A stretch of DNA of 64,000 nt from an uncultured Fibrobacteria bacterium (GCA_963716395.1 OY970309.1:128001-192000), one strand, 5' to 3'; counted from the stretch's first letter, positions 36,935 through 47,128 are shown. Notes: generated by a model not told the origin, from the sequence alone. Numbers and translations are program-made.

Positions 36935-38136
36935 TGCGGAAAATTCGCTTGCTCAGTATCGCCACCTTGTTTCCCAATCCGCGTATGCCGGTGCACGCGC
37001 AATTCGTGAAGCAGCGTCTCGACGCGCTTTCCAAGCGCGTGGATTTGATCGTGCTGAGCCCCATTCCCTGGTTTCCCGGCGAGCGGTTCGTTTCGCGTTA
37101 TACCAATCGACACCACATACCGGCGCAAATCGACACCAATCCCTATCCGACTTATTTCCCCAAATTTTTTTCCCTCCCCCTGATATGCAAACCGTTGGAA
37201 GGATTCACTTTGGCGCTGTGCGTGGCGCTTTGGCTGCGGCGCCACGGGGGGCGGGATGCCATCGATGGCTTAGATTGCCATCTCGGCTTTCCCGACGGTT
37301 TTGCCGGCGCGCTCTTACATTGGGCTTTCCGCAAACCCTATACAGTGACCCTCCGCGGGCACGACATCAATGATTTGCCGCGCTACCCCGTGCGCATTCG
37401 CCAGGTACTGTTCGGGTTACGGCATGCCGTGCGTTACTTTGGCGTGGCCCGCGCTTTGGTCGATGCGGCCGTGGGACTGGGCGCGCCCGCCGCCACCGGA
37501 TTCGCCTCGACCAACGGCGTGGATGCGGAGCGGTTTTTTCCCATGGACAAACCCGCAGCGCGTGTGCAATTGGGACTTGCACCGGAAGGCCGGTATTTGC
37601 TGACGGTATGCCATCTCGTTCCGCGCAAAGGGGTGGATATTTTGATCCGGGCGCTGGCGCGGCTGACGGAAGCGGGACGCGATGTCCGTCTCATCGTCGT
37701 AGGGCAAGGTGGCGAAGAGGGAAATTGCGAACCCGAACTCCGTACCCTGGCACGGCAGTTGGATGTGGATCGGCGGATTGTCTGGGCCGGCGCCGTGGCG
37801 AATGCGGAGTTGACTCCGTATTATTCCGCGGCCGACGTCTTCTGCCTGGCCAGCGAAAAAGAAGGCTGGCCCAATGTGATACTCGAAGCCCTGGCCTGCA
37901 GCACGCCGGCCGTCGCCACCGACACCTGGGGTGTACCCGAAATCCTGCCGGACGAATCGCTCGGGCTGCTAGTGCGGCCGCGCGTTGCCGAAGGTTTTGC
38001 GCACCGTATCGCTGAGGCGCTGGATCGCACCTGGGGGCCTCAGGTCTTGCGGGGATATGCTCTGCAACATACCTGGGATCAAACCGCGGCGAAGCTTACG
38101 GAACATTGGCACGCCGTCTTAGGCCCGGAAAACTGA
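36931..38136 (+). CDS. GT4 glycosyltransferase (TuaC-like)
   Basis: TLFPNP, FPDGFA, TLRGHD, EGWPNVILEALAC; ATGA overlap. Confidence 0.9.
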   Translation: MMRKIRLLSIATLFPNPRMPVHAQFVKQRLDALSKRVDLIVLSPIPWFPGERFVSRYTNRHHIPAQIDTNPYPTYFPKFFSLPLICKPLEGFTLALCVALWLRRHGGRDAIDGLDCHLGFPDGFAGALLHWAFRKPYTVTLRGHDINDLPRYPVRIRQVLFGLRHAVRYFGVARALVDAAVGLGAPAATGFASTNGVDAERFFPMDKPAARVQLGLAPEGRYLLTVCHLVPRKGVDILIRALARLTEAGRDVRLIVVGQGGEEGNCEPELRTLARQLDVDRRIVWAGAVANAELTPYYSAADVFCLASEKEGWPNVILEALACSTPAVATDTWGVPEILPDESLGLLVRPRVAEGFAHRIAEALDRTWGPQVLRGYALQHTWDQTAAKLTEHWHAVLGPEN

Positions 38137-38142
38137 AAACCC

Positions 38143-39480
38143 ATGCGCGATTACGCTCTTACCCTGCTCATTCCCGCAGCGATGCTTTGGGGCCTGACGA
38201 AAACGCGTCGCGCCATGATGGTACTGGCCTGGATTTGCTTCATGCGGCCTTACGATTTTTCCTGGGGCTTATGGAATCACGTGCCCACCTTTCTCATCGC
38301 TTTGGCCTTCGCCATCCTTTCCGCCTTGATCCATAACGGATTTAAATTCAACCCCCACCCCTTTTTGCTTTTGTATTTGACTTTTCTCGCCTGGGCGGGA
38401 ATCACCTGTTTCACCGCCTTCGTGCCCGGAATAGCCTGGGACTTTTACAAATACTTTTTCGAATCTTTTTGGGTGGTGCCGATTTTTGTCTTCGGAACCC
38501 TGCGCAACCTGAACACGGTAAAATGGGTTCTCCTGGTTTCGGCGGCCAGCCTGACCTTGGTGGGTTTCAAGGTCGGCCTGGCTTTGAGTCTTTCCGGCGG
38601 CAGTCACGTAACGGATCAAATCAACGGGTTTGTAGGGGACAACAATGTTTTTGGATTAACCCTATTGCTTGCCATTGCCACCTGCATGGGCCTACGCCGC
38701 GTGTTCGATCGCTCGCGCTGGAAATTCGTCTTTCTTCCGGTTATCGGTTACGCGTTATTGGCCGTCATCTACACCGAATCCCGGGGAGCTTTCATTTCCT
38801 TGGCCCTGATATTTACCCTCTCCGCCCTGGCCAGTAAAAATCCGATTCGCAACATCATTTTACTTGGGCTGTTTTCTTATCTCGGCTACGCGGTCATTCC
38901 GGGCAGATTTTTTCACCGCTTGGATACATTCCAAGACATCCAAAACGACGATTCGGCGATGCACCGGGTGGAATACTGGAATTTCGGCCTCCGCATGGCC
39001 GCCAGCCGTCCGGTGTTCGGGGTCGGACTCAACAATTTTAAGGCCTATACCGACGATCATTTCAAACAAGAACTCGAAGGGCGCTATAGCCAGGTGGCCC
39101 ATAACGTTTATATCGAGGTCCTGGCGGAAACAGGTTATCCGGGTCTCATCCTTTACCTCGCCATGGTTTTATGGACCTTGGTCGCCCTGCACCGGCTTTA
39201 CCGTCGTGCGAAACGCACCGCCCGCGCGTATCCCGATTTACGCTGGGTGAGTTCGACCGCGTTTTGGATGCGCAATGGCTGGATCGGTTATTTGCTGGGC
39301 TCGACATTTCTCAATATGCTGGTTCTGGATTTTCCCTGGTACTTCATGTGGTACGCACATTTGCTGGCTTTGACATTTGATCGCGAATTATTTCGGCGCC
39401 GCCGGGTCCTCGCCGGAATCACTGCGAAAGAAAGCGAAAAAACACCCGCGCATGCGCCTGCGCCGAAGCTTGCCAACTGA
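38143..39480 (+). CDS. O-antigen ligase/polymerase (Wzy_C), resembling the exosortase-A-associated TIGR03097 family
   Basis: MRD start, GDNN, TESRGAF, DDSAMHR, PVFGVG, AHNVYIEVLAETGYPG; many TM helices. Confidence 0.88.
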   Translation: MRDYALTLLIPAAMLWGLTKTRRAMMVLAWICFMRPYDFSWGLWNHVPTFLIALAFAILSALIHNGFKFNPHPFLLLYLTFLAWAGITCFTAFVPGIAWDFYKYFFESFWVVPIFVFGTLRNLNTVKWVLLVSAASLTLVGFKVGLALSLSGGSHVTDQINGFVGDNNVFGLTLLLAIATCMGLRRVFDRSRWKFVFLPVIGYALLAVIYTESRGAFISLALIFTLSALASKNPIRNIILLGLFSYLGYAVIPGRFFHRLDTFQDIQNDDSAMHRVEYWNFGLRMAASRPVFGVGLNNFKAYTDDHFKQELEGRYSQVAHNVYIEVLAETGYPGLILYLAMVLWTLVALHRLYRRAKRTARAYPDLRWVSSTAFWMRNGWIGYLLGSTFLNMLVLDFPWYFMWYAHLLALTFDRELFRRRRVLAGITAKESEKTPAHAPAPKLAN

Positions 39481-40601
39481 ACTCGCCGGCGCGTTTCCAA
39501 CCCACTTCCCGGCATTGTTCCCACAAATCTCCTTGGGTTAACAAGCGGGCGATGGCTTGACCCGCGCTTTCGGGATTATCCAGCGGTACCGACAAACCGG
39601 CCTTTCCGGCTATTTCCGGAAGCGAGGCCACGTCGGAATACACTGAGGGGGTTCCGACGGCCATGGCTTGCAGCAAGGGAAAGCCAAAACCTTCGTAACG
39701 GGAAAGGAAAATGAATACCGCCGCGCTTTTGAATAACTGCTGCAACTCCGCATCGCTCACCCACGAATCCACGCGCACTTCGGATTGAAGGCCGAGGCGG
39801 TTCAAAGCGCGCAGCAGCGGGAGATTGCGAATCTCCCATGAAGCCTACGATGCGCAAGGGATGTTGCCTGCGTACCTCCGCCGGCACCGCGGCCCATGCG
39901 GCCAAGGCTCCCTCGGGATTCTTTTGATACCCATCGCCCCCCAGCATTAGACAAAAACCGCGTTCGGAAAATGGCGGGGAGTCGCTTTGCTTCGCGAGCC
40001 GATAACCATCCGGGAGGCCATGGTGAATGACCGTAATGCGATTCGCCGGAATGCGGAGATGCTTTCTAATCTCGGATTCGGCGTGCTGGGAAACCGTCAC
40101 GATTGCTTCGGATCGGCGCAAGAGGAGGCGGTATGTGAGAAACAGGTATAAACAATGTCGGTAAGTATAAAGACGCGATCGGAGGCCGGCCCCGGGCGGG
40201 GGGTCGCAGAATCGCCGTAGAAATAGATATTCGATGACGTCATGAACCGCGACCACCGTCGGGCAAGGTGAAAAACAAGGTCGACGATTTGCCGGCATGA
40301 AAAGCAGATCCACCCGATGACGCCGCAACGCCATGGGCAGAAGAAATTGTTCCCACAACGGGTCGGCGGAGCATTTTACATCATGCCACACGACCCGTTC
40401 GTTTGCATCGATTGCATCGAGCACGCTCTGGTATTTTTCCCGCGGCAGGTTGTGTTCGAAACCCGTATTGATGAAGAGCAAAAAATTCACCTCGGGCATG
40501 AGCCGGGGAAGTTCCTTGCAGAGGTAGAAGAGATAAAGCGGCATCCCCCGCATGGGACGGGTTAAAAAGCGCGCGTCGATGGCAATGGTTTTCCCGTCCA
40601 T
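39419..40601 (-). CDS. GT4 glycosyltransferase (MtfB/WbaZ-like), split by a +1 frameshift at ~39820
   Basis: IAIDAR...HDVI...KNPEG in one frame and SRYEGFGFPLLQAMAVGTP in another; removing one base from GGG 39819-39821 gives a continuous SQSPLLRALNRLGL. Confidence 0.8.
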
Positions 40602-40606
40602 CGAAA

Positions 40607-41538
40607 TCAATGCTTGTCGGCAAGAGCAGCGCGGTTTCGAGAGCGGAGTAAGGTTGCGGGAAGAAGGGACATCAGCAAGAGCCCTTTCCGTGCGGCGATA
40701 TGGGTGGGTACTTCTTTAACCACCCGACGGTAGCATCGTTTGGCTTCCGCATAATCACCGATTTCGAAAAAATGATATCCCATTTCAAAGTGATTGCGAG
40801 CTTTTCCTTTGCGAAAATCCGAAGCGTATTCCTGCGCCATGGCCGGATACTCCGACTCGAATTGTTCGAGCATGACCAAAGTTTTTTTCAGCATGAGAAC
40901 TTTGGGGCTGCTCACACTCCCCGCGCGAATTCGATATTTCGCCAGCACTTGATTTTGATATCCCACGGCATAGGTACGGGCGATTTTTAACCATAGGTGG
41001 TAATCCTCGACCCCCAATTCCCGATTTTCGTTGAAGCCACCTACGGCTTCAAAAGCGTCTCTACGCACCAGTGTCGTGGGGATAGAAATGAAATTCTCCC
41101 GCAACAAATCACCGAAGACGCGACCCGATACTGGGCGTTTTCTCTCCATCATCCGAAATCCCGCTTGCCCGAGTTCGTCCATCGAGAGCACATCGGAAAA
41201 GACCACGGCGTATTCGGGATGTCGGGCCAGAAACGGTTTTTGAACTTCGAGCTTACGAATTTCCCACACATCATCGGCATCCAGGAACGCCAGTAAGTCC
41301 GCCCTCGCCTCGGCCCCCCGGTTGCGCGCCGCCGCGGGACCGGAATTAGCCTGATGAAAAACGCGAATGCGCATCTTGTCCCGAAGGACATCGGCGAGTT
41401 CGCCGGTTTCATCGATGGATCCGTCGTCAACGATGATCAATTCCCAGTCCGAGACGGATTGCTCCTGGACGCTGCGAATGGTTTCGGGAAGAATATCGAC
41501 GCGTTATAGGCAGGCACGATAATGGAAACTTTCGCCAG
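40607..41538 (-). CDS. GT2 glycosyltransferase, frameshifted near the N-terminus (~41503)
   Basis: KVSIIVPAYN in one frame and LPETIRSVQEQSVSDWELIIVDDGS...AFLDADD...EDY in another; one added base joins them. Start uncertain. Confidence 0.8.
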
Positions 41539-41694
41539 ATCTAGGGTCGGTCTTCGACAAAAATAACTGCAAAAAACGACTGCGAACGGTCCGCAGGCAA
41601 ATTACAATTCAGCGGGAAAACGACTGCAACCTTCCTATGCAGGTACTATGCGTTGGAAGAATAATCCGACACTAAGCATAATCAAGTAGGCACT

Positions 41695-41817
41695 TTTGGC
41701 GTTCACCTGCCGAAAGGATGTGTGGTCAGCGCATGCAGCCTCGTATTAGAAAAGCCATATCCACCGTTTTCCGTATTGGCCGGCAACGCATGTAGGGTTA
41801 TTGGTTCCAGGGCTTGA
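41695..41817 (+). pseudogene. C-terminal fragment of a hexapeptide acyltransferase (paralog of the next gene)
   Basis: Hand translation FGVHLPKGCVVSACSLVLEKPYPPFSVLAGNACRVIGSRA*; in-frame stop at 41662 and no start codon. Confidence 0.75.
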
Positions 41818-41831
41818 ACATAAATGCCGCT

Positions 41832-42405
41832 ATGAAAAAAATCATCAAAAATATGTATTGGGAATTTTTTACGAGTGAAATGCTATTTGAGTATATCAAT
41901 GCATTTCTAATGAGAATCCCGGGGAAGACCGGTATCAAGGTGCGCACGTTTTGCTTATCGCGTTTCTTCTTTGAGTTTGGAAAGAGATGTTTCGATTTCC
42001 CGGTTTTCAAGGTTTACAGGTTTTCGCAAATTAAAAGTCGGGGACAATGTGGTCATTTCAAATAACAATTTTATTCAGGCCTCAGGCGGAGTCCATATTG
42101 GGAATAATGTAATCTTGGGATCCAACGTCAAAATCTGGTCAATCAATCATAATTTTAACCGGATCGACATACCCATTTTTGAACAAGGGCGTACCTCGGA
42201 TGAGGTAACCATTGATGACGATGTTTTATTGAATGACAATGTATTTGTAATGCCCGGTGTTCACCTGCCACGTGGGTGCGTGGTGATGCCATGCAGTGTT
42301 GTAAATAAAAAGAAATATCGACCCTATTCTGTTTTGGCCGGCCACCCTTGCAGCGTGATTGGGATGAGAATGGAGTTGAATAAAGAAAATACGCCTATTA
42401 AGTAG
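41832..42405 (+). CDS. Hexapeptide-repeat O-acyltransferase with a +1 frameshift at ~41982
   Basis: MKKIIK...RIPGKTGIKVR in one frame and VGDNVVIS...GGVHIGNNVILG...NHNF in another; joined by deleting one A of 41981-41983. Confidence 0.8.
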
Positions 42406-42483
42406 AAAGGTATTTCGAGAGGTTCCCATATCATTTGACGACTTTATAGACAAACCTGATATCGAAATAACTTCAGAGTTCCA

Positions 42484-43275
42484 TCATTCTGACAAAGAGA
42501 TCCCTCCGGGGCGGATCGCCTGATTGGTGCTACTGTTTCTCGATAAAGTATTTTTGCTGAAAGTTTCTCTCGATAATTTGAGGTTTTTCCCCTTATCCGA
42601 TAGAAACTCGTCCACGGCCTGATTACACCCGGGCCAGGGTGGATCGTTATACTCATCAAACAAGATAATCCCCCCGCGTTCCAATCGCGGGTAAAAGTAT
42701 TGAAGGCCGGCTCGGTAAGACTCGTAAATATCGCAGTCCAGGTGAACAAAAGCGTATTGCTCACATTTCTCCTGTCCTAGCGTTTTTTTAAAGAATCCCG
42801 GAACAAGCTCGACTGTCTTCTCAAGATCAAGAGCCCTTATGCGACGTTGGACTAGGTCGAGCGACGTATTGCTGAATCCGCCTTTTCGTTTTTCAGAATC
42901 GGACGCACTGACGAGTGCCAAGTCCGTTGTTATGTCGTCATCGAATCCCTCAAACGAATCAAACCCGAATACTTTCTTTCCGAGGCTACGCTGCTTGAGA
43001 TAAAGACTGATCGAAAGCAGCGTAGCTGCCCGAAATACTCCGCATTCCGCGACGTTTCCAGGGACGCCGTCCGTACGCTTCAGGAAATCCATAATCACAT
43101 TGACGTTCGCGCCGCCGCTCGGGCTGGCAATCTGATTCGGCTGCACATTCGCCGGCACCTTCATCTCGACAATATTCGCCGCCCAGGCGGGCCATTCCAG
43201 TATCGGACGGCGACGCATTGCCTGGCCCGTTAGGTGTTGTATGGCCTGCTTCAAAACCTTTCTCATATGATCCAT
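42484..43275 (-). CDS. TylF/MycF/NovP-family sugar O-methyltransferase
   Basis: PGNVAECGVFR, FDSFEGF, GFFKKTL, HLDCDIYES, GGIILFDEY; the true stop may be 42530 if a G is missing at ~42590. Confidence 0.9.
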   Translation of the reverse strand: MDHMRKVLKQAIQHLTGQAMRRRPILEWPAWAANIVEMKVPANVQPNQIASPSGGANVNVIMDFLKRTDGVPGNVAECGVFRAATLLSISLYLKQRSLGKKVFGFDSFEGFDDDITTDLALVSASDSEKRKGGFSNTSLDLVQRRIRALDLEKTVELVPGFFKKTLGQEKCEQYAFVHLDCDIYESYRAGLQYFYPRLERGGIILFDEYNDPPWPGCNQAVDEFLSDKGKNLKLSRETFSKNTLSRNSSTNQAIRPGGISLSE

Positions 43276-43490
43276 GTCCCCTCTCGCGATGCCTCGGATG
43301 AAAGTGGATTGAGCCAGATACGTCGCCTTTCCGCAGCGACGGCAAATTCAACGTAATCAAGATAAGGACGTATTGTCTCGAAACGGCGAAAAAATCTCGT
43401 CACGATTTCCCAATCCTGCTCGTTCATCCGAACTGAATAATCGTCCTCCCCAATACGATCAGTGATTTGGCGCTCGCCAGACCTTTGCAC
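43263..43490 (-). pseudogene. Fragment of a diverged paralog of the CMAH-like gene at 43823
   Basis: QITDRIGEDDY...DWEIVTRFFRRFETIRPYLDYVEF aligns by eye with QISESTGEDDW...EWKTIEAFFRRFELLRKYVNFIEV. Confidence 0.7.
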
Positions 43491-43822
43491 AGAATGCCCA
43501 TCGACGATTACAATTAGTTTTCACTTTTTTGCGGCGAAAACCCATTTTTGTAATCCCATAAATTCTTTCGCTCCGAAAGTAACTTTTGTGATCATAAACC
43601 GCAATTCACCTCAGGAACGATGGCCGAAACAAGATTCAATCCAAATCGCTTGCCCGTGAATTTCCCCACAAGCCTCTATTCGCCCGCCCCGATGTCTTTC
43701 AACCCGGGCATTCGAACGAATTTCCGCCAGTCTTCAAAGAAAGAATCATCATTCTCACGAATTGCGTAGCAAAGTAGTTTCGAATTGGAATTAGGGTTCG
43801 ATTTAACTAAGCTCAGCCTAAG

Positions 43823-45310
43823 ATGAATGAAAAATTCGAGACCCTTGGAAACGCGACGCTGCAACTATTTGCGGACGATGGGCCGGTACTTGTCACCGAT
43901 CCCTGGTTGGTCGGGACCTGCTATTTCGGCAGTTGGGCGCTTGATCACGCGCTGACCCAAGAGCAGATCCGGAATGCATTGAATTCGGACTACGTCTGGA
44001 TTTCGCATGGTCATCCCGACCATTTGCACCACGAATCGCTCGATTTTTTCCAGCCGGGTCAGAAATTTCTCCTGCCCGACCATTACGACCCTGAAATCTC
44101 CCACTTTTTGTCGGGAAAGGGTTTCTCCGTCACAATCATGAAATATCGCGAATGGCTGCAGATTTCACCGCCCGTGAAAATTATGTGCCTGGACAAGATA
44201 AACCAGGACGCGGGACTGATCGCCAAGATTGGCGATGCTCTCCTCATCAATTTGAACGATTCGCCGATTGCGGGGGAGGAGGCTTTTCTTCGCAATCTGG
44301 TCAAAAAGCATCCCAATGCCAAGACCTACCTGGCGGCCTTATGTTCGATCGATGCCGACATGTTTAACTTCGTAGACTCTAACGGCCAATCGATCGTCGG
44401 TCCGCCTGACGAACGCAAGCCCGGCGCGATTTGGAACGTGGCGCGCGCCGCCGATCGGATGGGTGTCAAAAATTTCTGTTGCTCGTCATCACAACACATC
44501 TACGTGCGGGCAGATTCGATCTGGGCGAACGACTATCGAATCACGTGGCAGGACATGAGGAGACATTGGAGCCGACCGAATGTAAGGCTCATTGAACCTT
44601 TCGTAACGGTCGATCTGACAACCGGCGACGTCACTGCCAATGAACCGGAACATCTTGGCGGTGACCGCACACAGATTAGCGAAAGCACCGGCGAGGATGA
44701 CTGGAAAGAAAAGCCGAGCCGGGACGAGTGGAAAACGATTGAGGCTTTCTTTCGGCGGTTCGAACTGCTTCGGAAATACGTCAATTTCATTGAAGTGGTG
44801 ATTGGCGATGAAACCGGACGTTACGAACTGAACCACAGCGTGTCGGATCGCACAGGTGTGCGCGGTATTCGATTTTACGCACCCAAGCACTCTTTCATGG
44901 AGACCATGAAATGGGGGTTTTTCGACGATCTACTAATCGGAAATTTCATAAAGGTGCACCTTACCAACACAAGCCTTTATCCCCGTTTCACTCCACTGGT
45001 GGCAAAGCTTGGCGGCAATGCTAAGGTTTATACCCAAAAAAATTACCGAAAATTTCTTTGGCGCTATTTGCGACGCAACCCTTCTGGCACACTCGCCTAT
45101 CTGCTGGAGCCGGAAATGAACCACGTGATCATACCCTGGTTCCGCCAACGCGCGGAATCCATCGGTCTCAAAAAGCCCCTGAAATATATCTACCGCTCGC
45201 TTCGGGGCGATCCGTGTAAAGGCCGGCAACGCCCGACTATTCCAATTGGATCACGTATCCGGTCGGGTCGGATTCGTAGGGGCCCTGGACGTAACCGTTC
45301 GGCTGCATGA
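43823..45310 (+). CDS. Metallo-beta-lactamase-fold protein, CMP-Neu5Ac hydroxylase/UlaG-like
   Basis: TDPWLVG..YFGSW, ISHGHPDHL, NLND; no Rieske domain. The 3' end may really be TAA 45217-45219. Confidence 0.75.
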   Translation: MNEKFETLGNATLQLFADDGPVLVTDPWLVGTCYFGSWALDHALTQEQIRNALNSDYVWISHGHPDHLHHESLDFFQPGQKFLLPDHYDPEISHFLSGKGFSVTIMKYREWLQISPPVKIMCLDKINQDAGLIAKIGDALLINLNDSPIAGEEAFLRNLVKKHPNAKTYLAALCSIDADMFNFVDSNGQSIVGPPDERKPGAIWNVARAADRMGVKNFCCSSSQHIYVRADSIWANDYRITWQDMRRHWSRPNVRLIEPFVTVDLTTGDVTANEPEHLGGDRTQISESTGEDDWKEKPSRDEWKTIEAFFRRFELLRKYVNFIEVVIGDETGRYELNHSVSDRTGVRGIRFYAPKHSFMETMKWGFFDDLLIGNFIKVHLTNTSLYPRFTPLVAKLGGNAKVYTQKNYRKFLWRYLRRNPSGTLAYLLEPEMNHVIIPWFRQRAESIGLKKPLKYIYRSLRGDPCKGRQRPTIPIGSRIRSGRIRRGPGRNRSAA

Positions 45311-47054
45311 TGATCAATCGGCCGTTGCGGTAACTGACCTGCAACTGCTGGTAAGCATTGCCCGTGATGAAACTATTGACGGTTTCGGTGGTGGTGCCGG
45401 GCGCCCGCGTGATCAAATCGACTTTTTCCGCGGGCAGCACCGACCAGGGATCGCGTTTTCCATTGAATACGTCGTACAGATCGTTCGGATTGTAAATCCA
45501 AGCTTGCAAATGGTATCCCGTGGCGTGAAAACCTTTATAGGTGGGATAAGGATCGGCCCAGGAGGTGCCGCAGGTAGTGACGGGGGGATCGCAATCCGTG
45601 CACGTGCACGTGTCCACGTTTTCACCGTACCAGGTTTGACCGCCCAGTTGCTGGTATAAAAATACCACCACGGCCTGCTGGGTTTTCGTTTCAATCCACA
45701 CCGCGCTGGAAACCTTGTCTCCCAGCCACCATCCCGGGAATTCCCGGCCTTCATCCGGATGAGCCAATAAGGGCTTGGCTGCGACAGAAGCGTTGAGGGA
45801 GGTCGGAAAGTTTCCTTGTATGGCGAATAAATTGGGGCCCCATCGGCCATTGGCCGCGCCCGAAGTTCCTTCTTGGCCCGCTAAGAAAGGGTAGCCTGCG
45901 TTGCTTAAGGTTTGGGGGGCATACGACATATAGCCCGCGACCCGCTGGTTATGCGCCCAAGCCCCGGAAACCTGCCACATTCCGTAAGATTTGTTGGTGG
46001 TTTCGTCGAGATATCCCAACGATCCCCAGTCCGAACCGGCCCCGTTGTACCATTGATACTTGGTGAAATAAAGATTCGTTCCCAACTCCAGGAGTCCGCC
46101 GAGGACATAGGTCTCGCCTCCGGTGAATCCGGCCGGCAGCAAGCTATCGGTAACATCCACCCATCGTATGCATTGGGCCGCACTTCCATTCAAGGTTGCC
46201 GGCAATTGGATTTCCCCCTCTAATTCCGAATTCCCGGGTGGGATGTGGTTTTCGGCATCCACCATTAAATGACCATTGGCCAATTGGGCGTGGATTCCGC
46301 TCGAATAAATAAAATCCCCTCCGGCGGGAACTTCGGCGGCGGTAGGCAGGCGGAAGGTACTGCCCGTATATTTGCCGGCGATGTCGGCCCAAGTCATCAA
46401 TGTCAGACCGGAAGACTGGATCGAGTCGAGGGTGATATTGGCCGTGGTGTCCAAAGAACTGATGAGAAGTAGCTTGGTCAGATAACCCGAGGCCGAGATC
46501 CTGAGCGTATCATTGCCCGCGGCCACTTTCGCCAGCGAAGCTTCAGCCGGCGTAAAACCCATGGCCGTACGGTCCTGGGCCGATCCGCCGGTGGCCAGAG
46601 GCAGGTAACGGAAGGTCCGGACATCTTTCCCCACGGAGGCTTTGATGATCATCAATTGATTCGATAACACATGCTCCGCGAGGTTCAGCCGATAGATTCC
46701 GGAGGTGGCGTTCGGCAAGGAAACGCGACTGAGTTGGTGGCCGTGCAAGTCGAAAATCTCGACCCGTATCAGCGCGGACCGGGGTACCACAAGTTGCAAA
46801 ACTCCGTTCTGGAGAGACATGCCCCCAACTTGGAACGCCGACCTTACCGCGGCAATCGTCCCGGTAAGTGAATACATTCCGTTCGAGGCTGTTGTATCCA
46901 CAAAACCAGGTGGTAGCAGTTCGACCACCGCCTGGTTTATGGCCTGACCGGAATCGTTGGAAATTTTTCCATGCACGTTGACGGTTTGTGCGGGAATGGT
47001 AGACCCGACGGCGAGAACAAAACCTATTGCCACCGCAAATATTTTCATTTTCAT
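45237..47054 (-). CDS. Secreted protein: Fibrobacterota-type N-terminal Ig-like modules plus a domain paralogous to 30258-31727
   Basis: Signal peptide; EIFDLHG; DTLRISASGY; shared motifs AGYMS, WGPNLF, WIYNPNDLYDVFNGKRDPW. Confidence 0.7.
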   Translation of the reverse strand: MKMKIFAVAIGFVLAVGSTIPAQTVNVHGKISNDSGQAINQAVVELLPPGFVDTTASNGMYSLTGTIAAVRSAFQVGGMSLQNGVLQLVVPRSALIRVEIFDLHGHQLSRVSLPNATSGIYRLNLAEHVLSNQLMIIKASVGKDVRTFRYLPLATGGSAQDRTAMGFTPAEASLAKVAAGNDTLRISASGYLTKLLLISSLDTTANITLDSIQSSGLTLMTWADIAGKYTGSTFRLPTAAEVPAGGDFIYSSGIHAQLANGHLMVDAENHIPPGNSELEGEIQLPATLNGSAAQCIRWVDVTDSLLPAGFTGGETYVLGGLLELGTNLYFTKYQWYNGAGSDWGSLGYLDETTNKSYGMWQVSGAWAHNQRVAGYMSYAPQTLSNAGYPFLAGQEGTSGAANGRWGPNLFAIQGNFPTSLNASVAAKPLLAHPDEGREFPGWWLGDKVSSAVWIETKTQQAVVVFLYQQLGGQTWYGENVDTCTCTDCDPPVTTCGTSWADPYPTYKGFHATGYHLQAWIYNPNDLYDVFNGKRDPWSVLPAEKVDLITRAPGTTTETVNSFITGNAYQQLQVSYRNGRLIIMQPNGYVQGPYESDPTGYVIQLE

Positions 47055-47128
47055 AACCCACCCCCTCTTTCCCCGACCCGGTCATTATACCCAAACGGGA
47101 AGGGGCGCGCCATGGCCGCCGAAAGCTT

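Noticed and set aside
41559-41630. Imperfect direct repeats AAAA(C/T)(G/A)ACTGC
   Set aside because: Short and irregularly spaced; not a CRISPR array and too weak to call as an operator.
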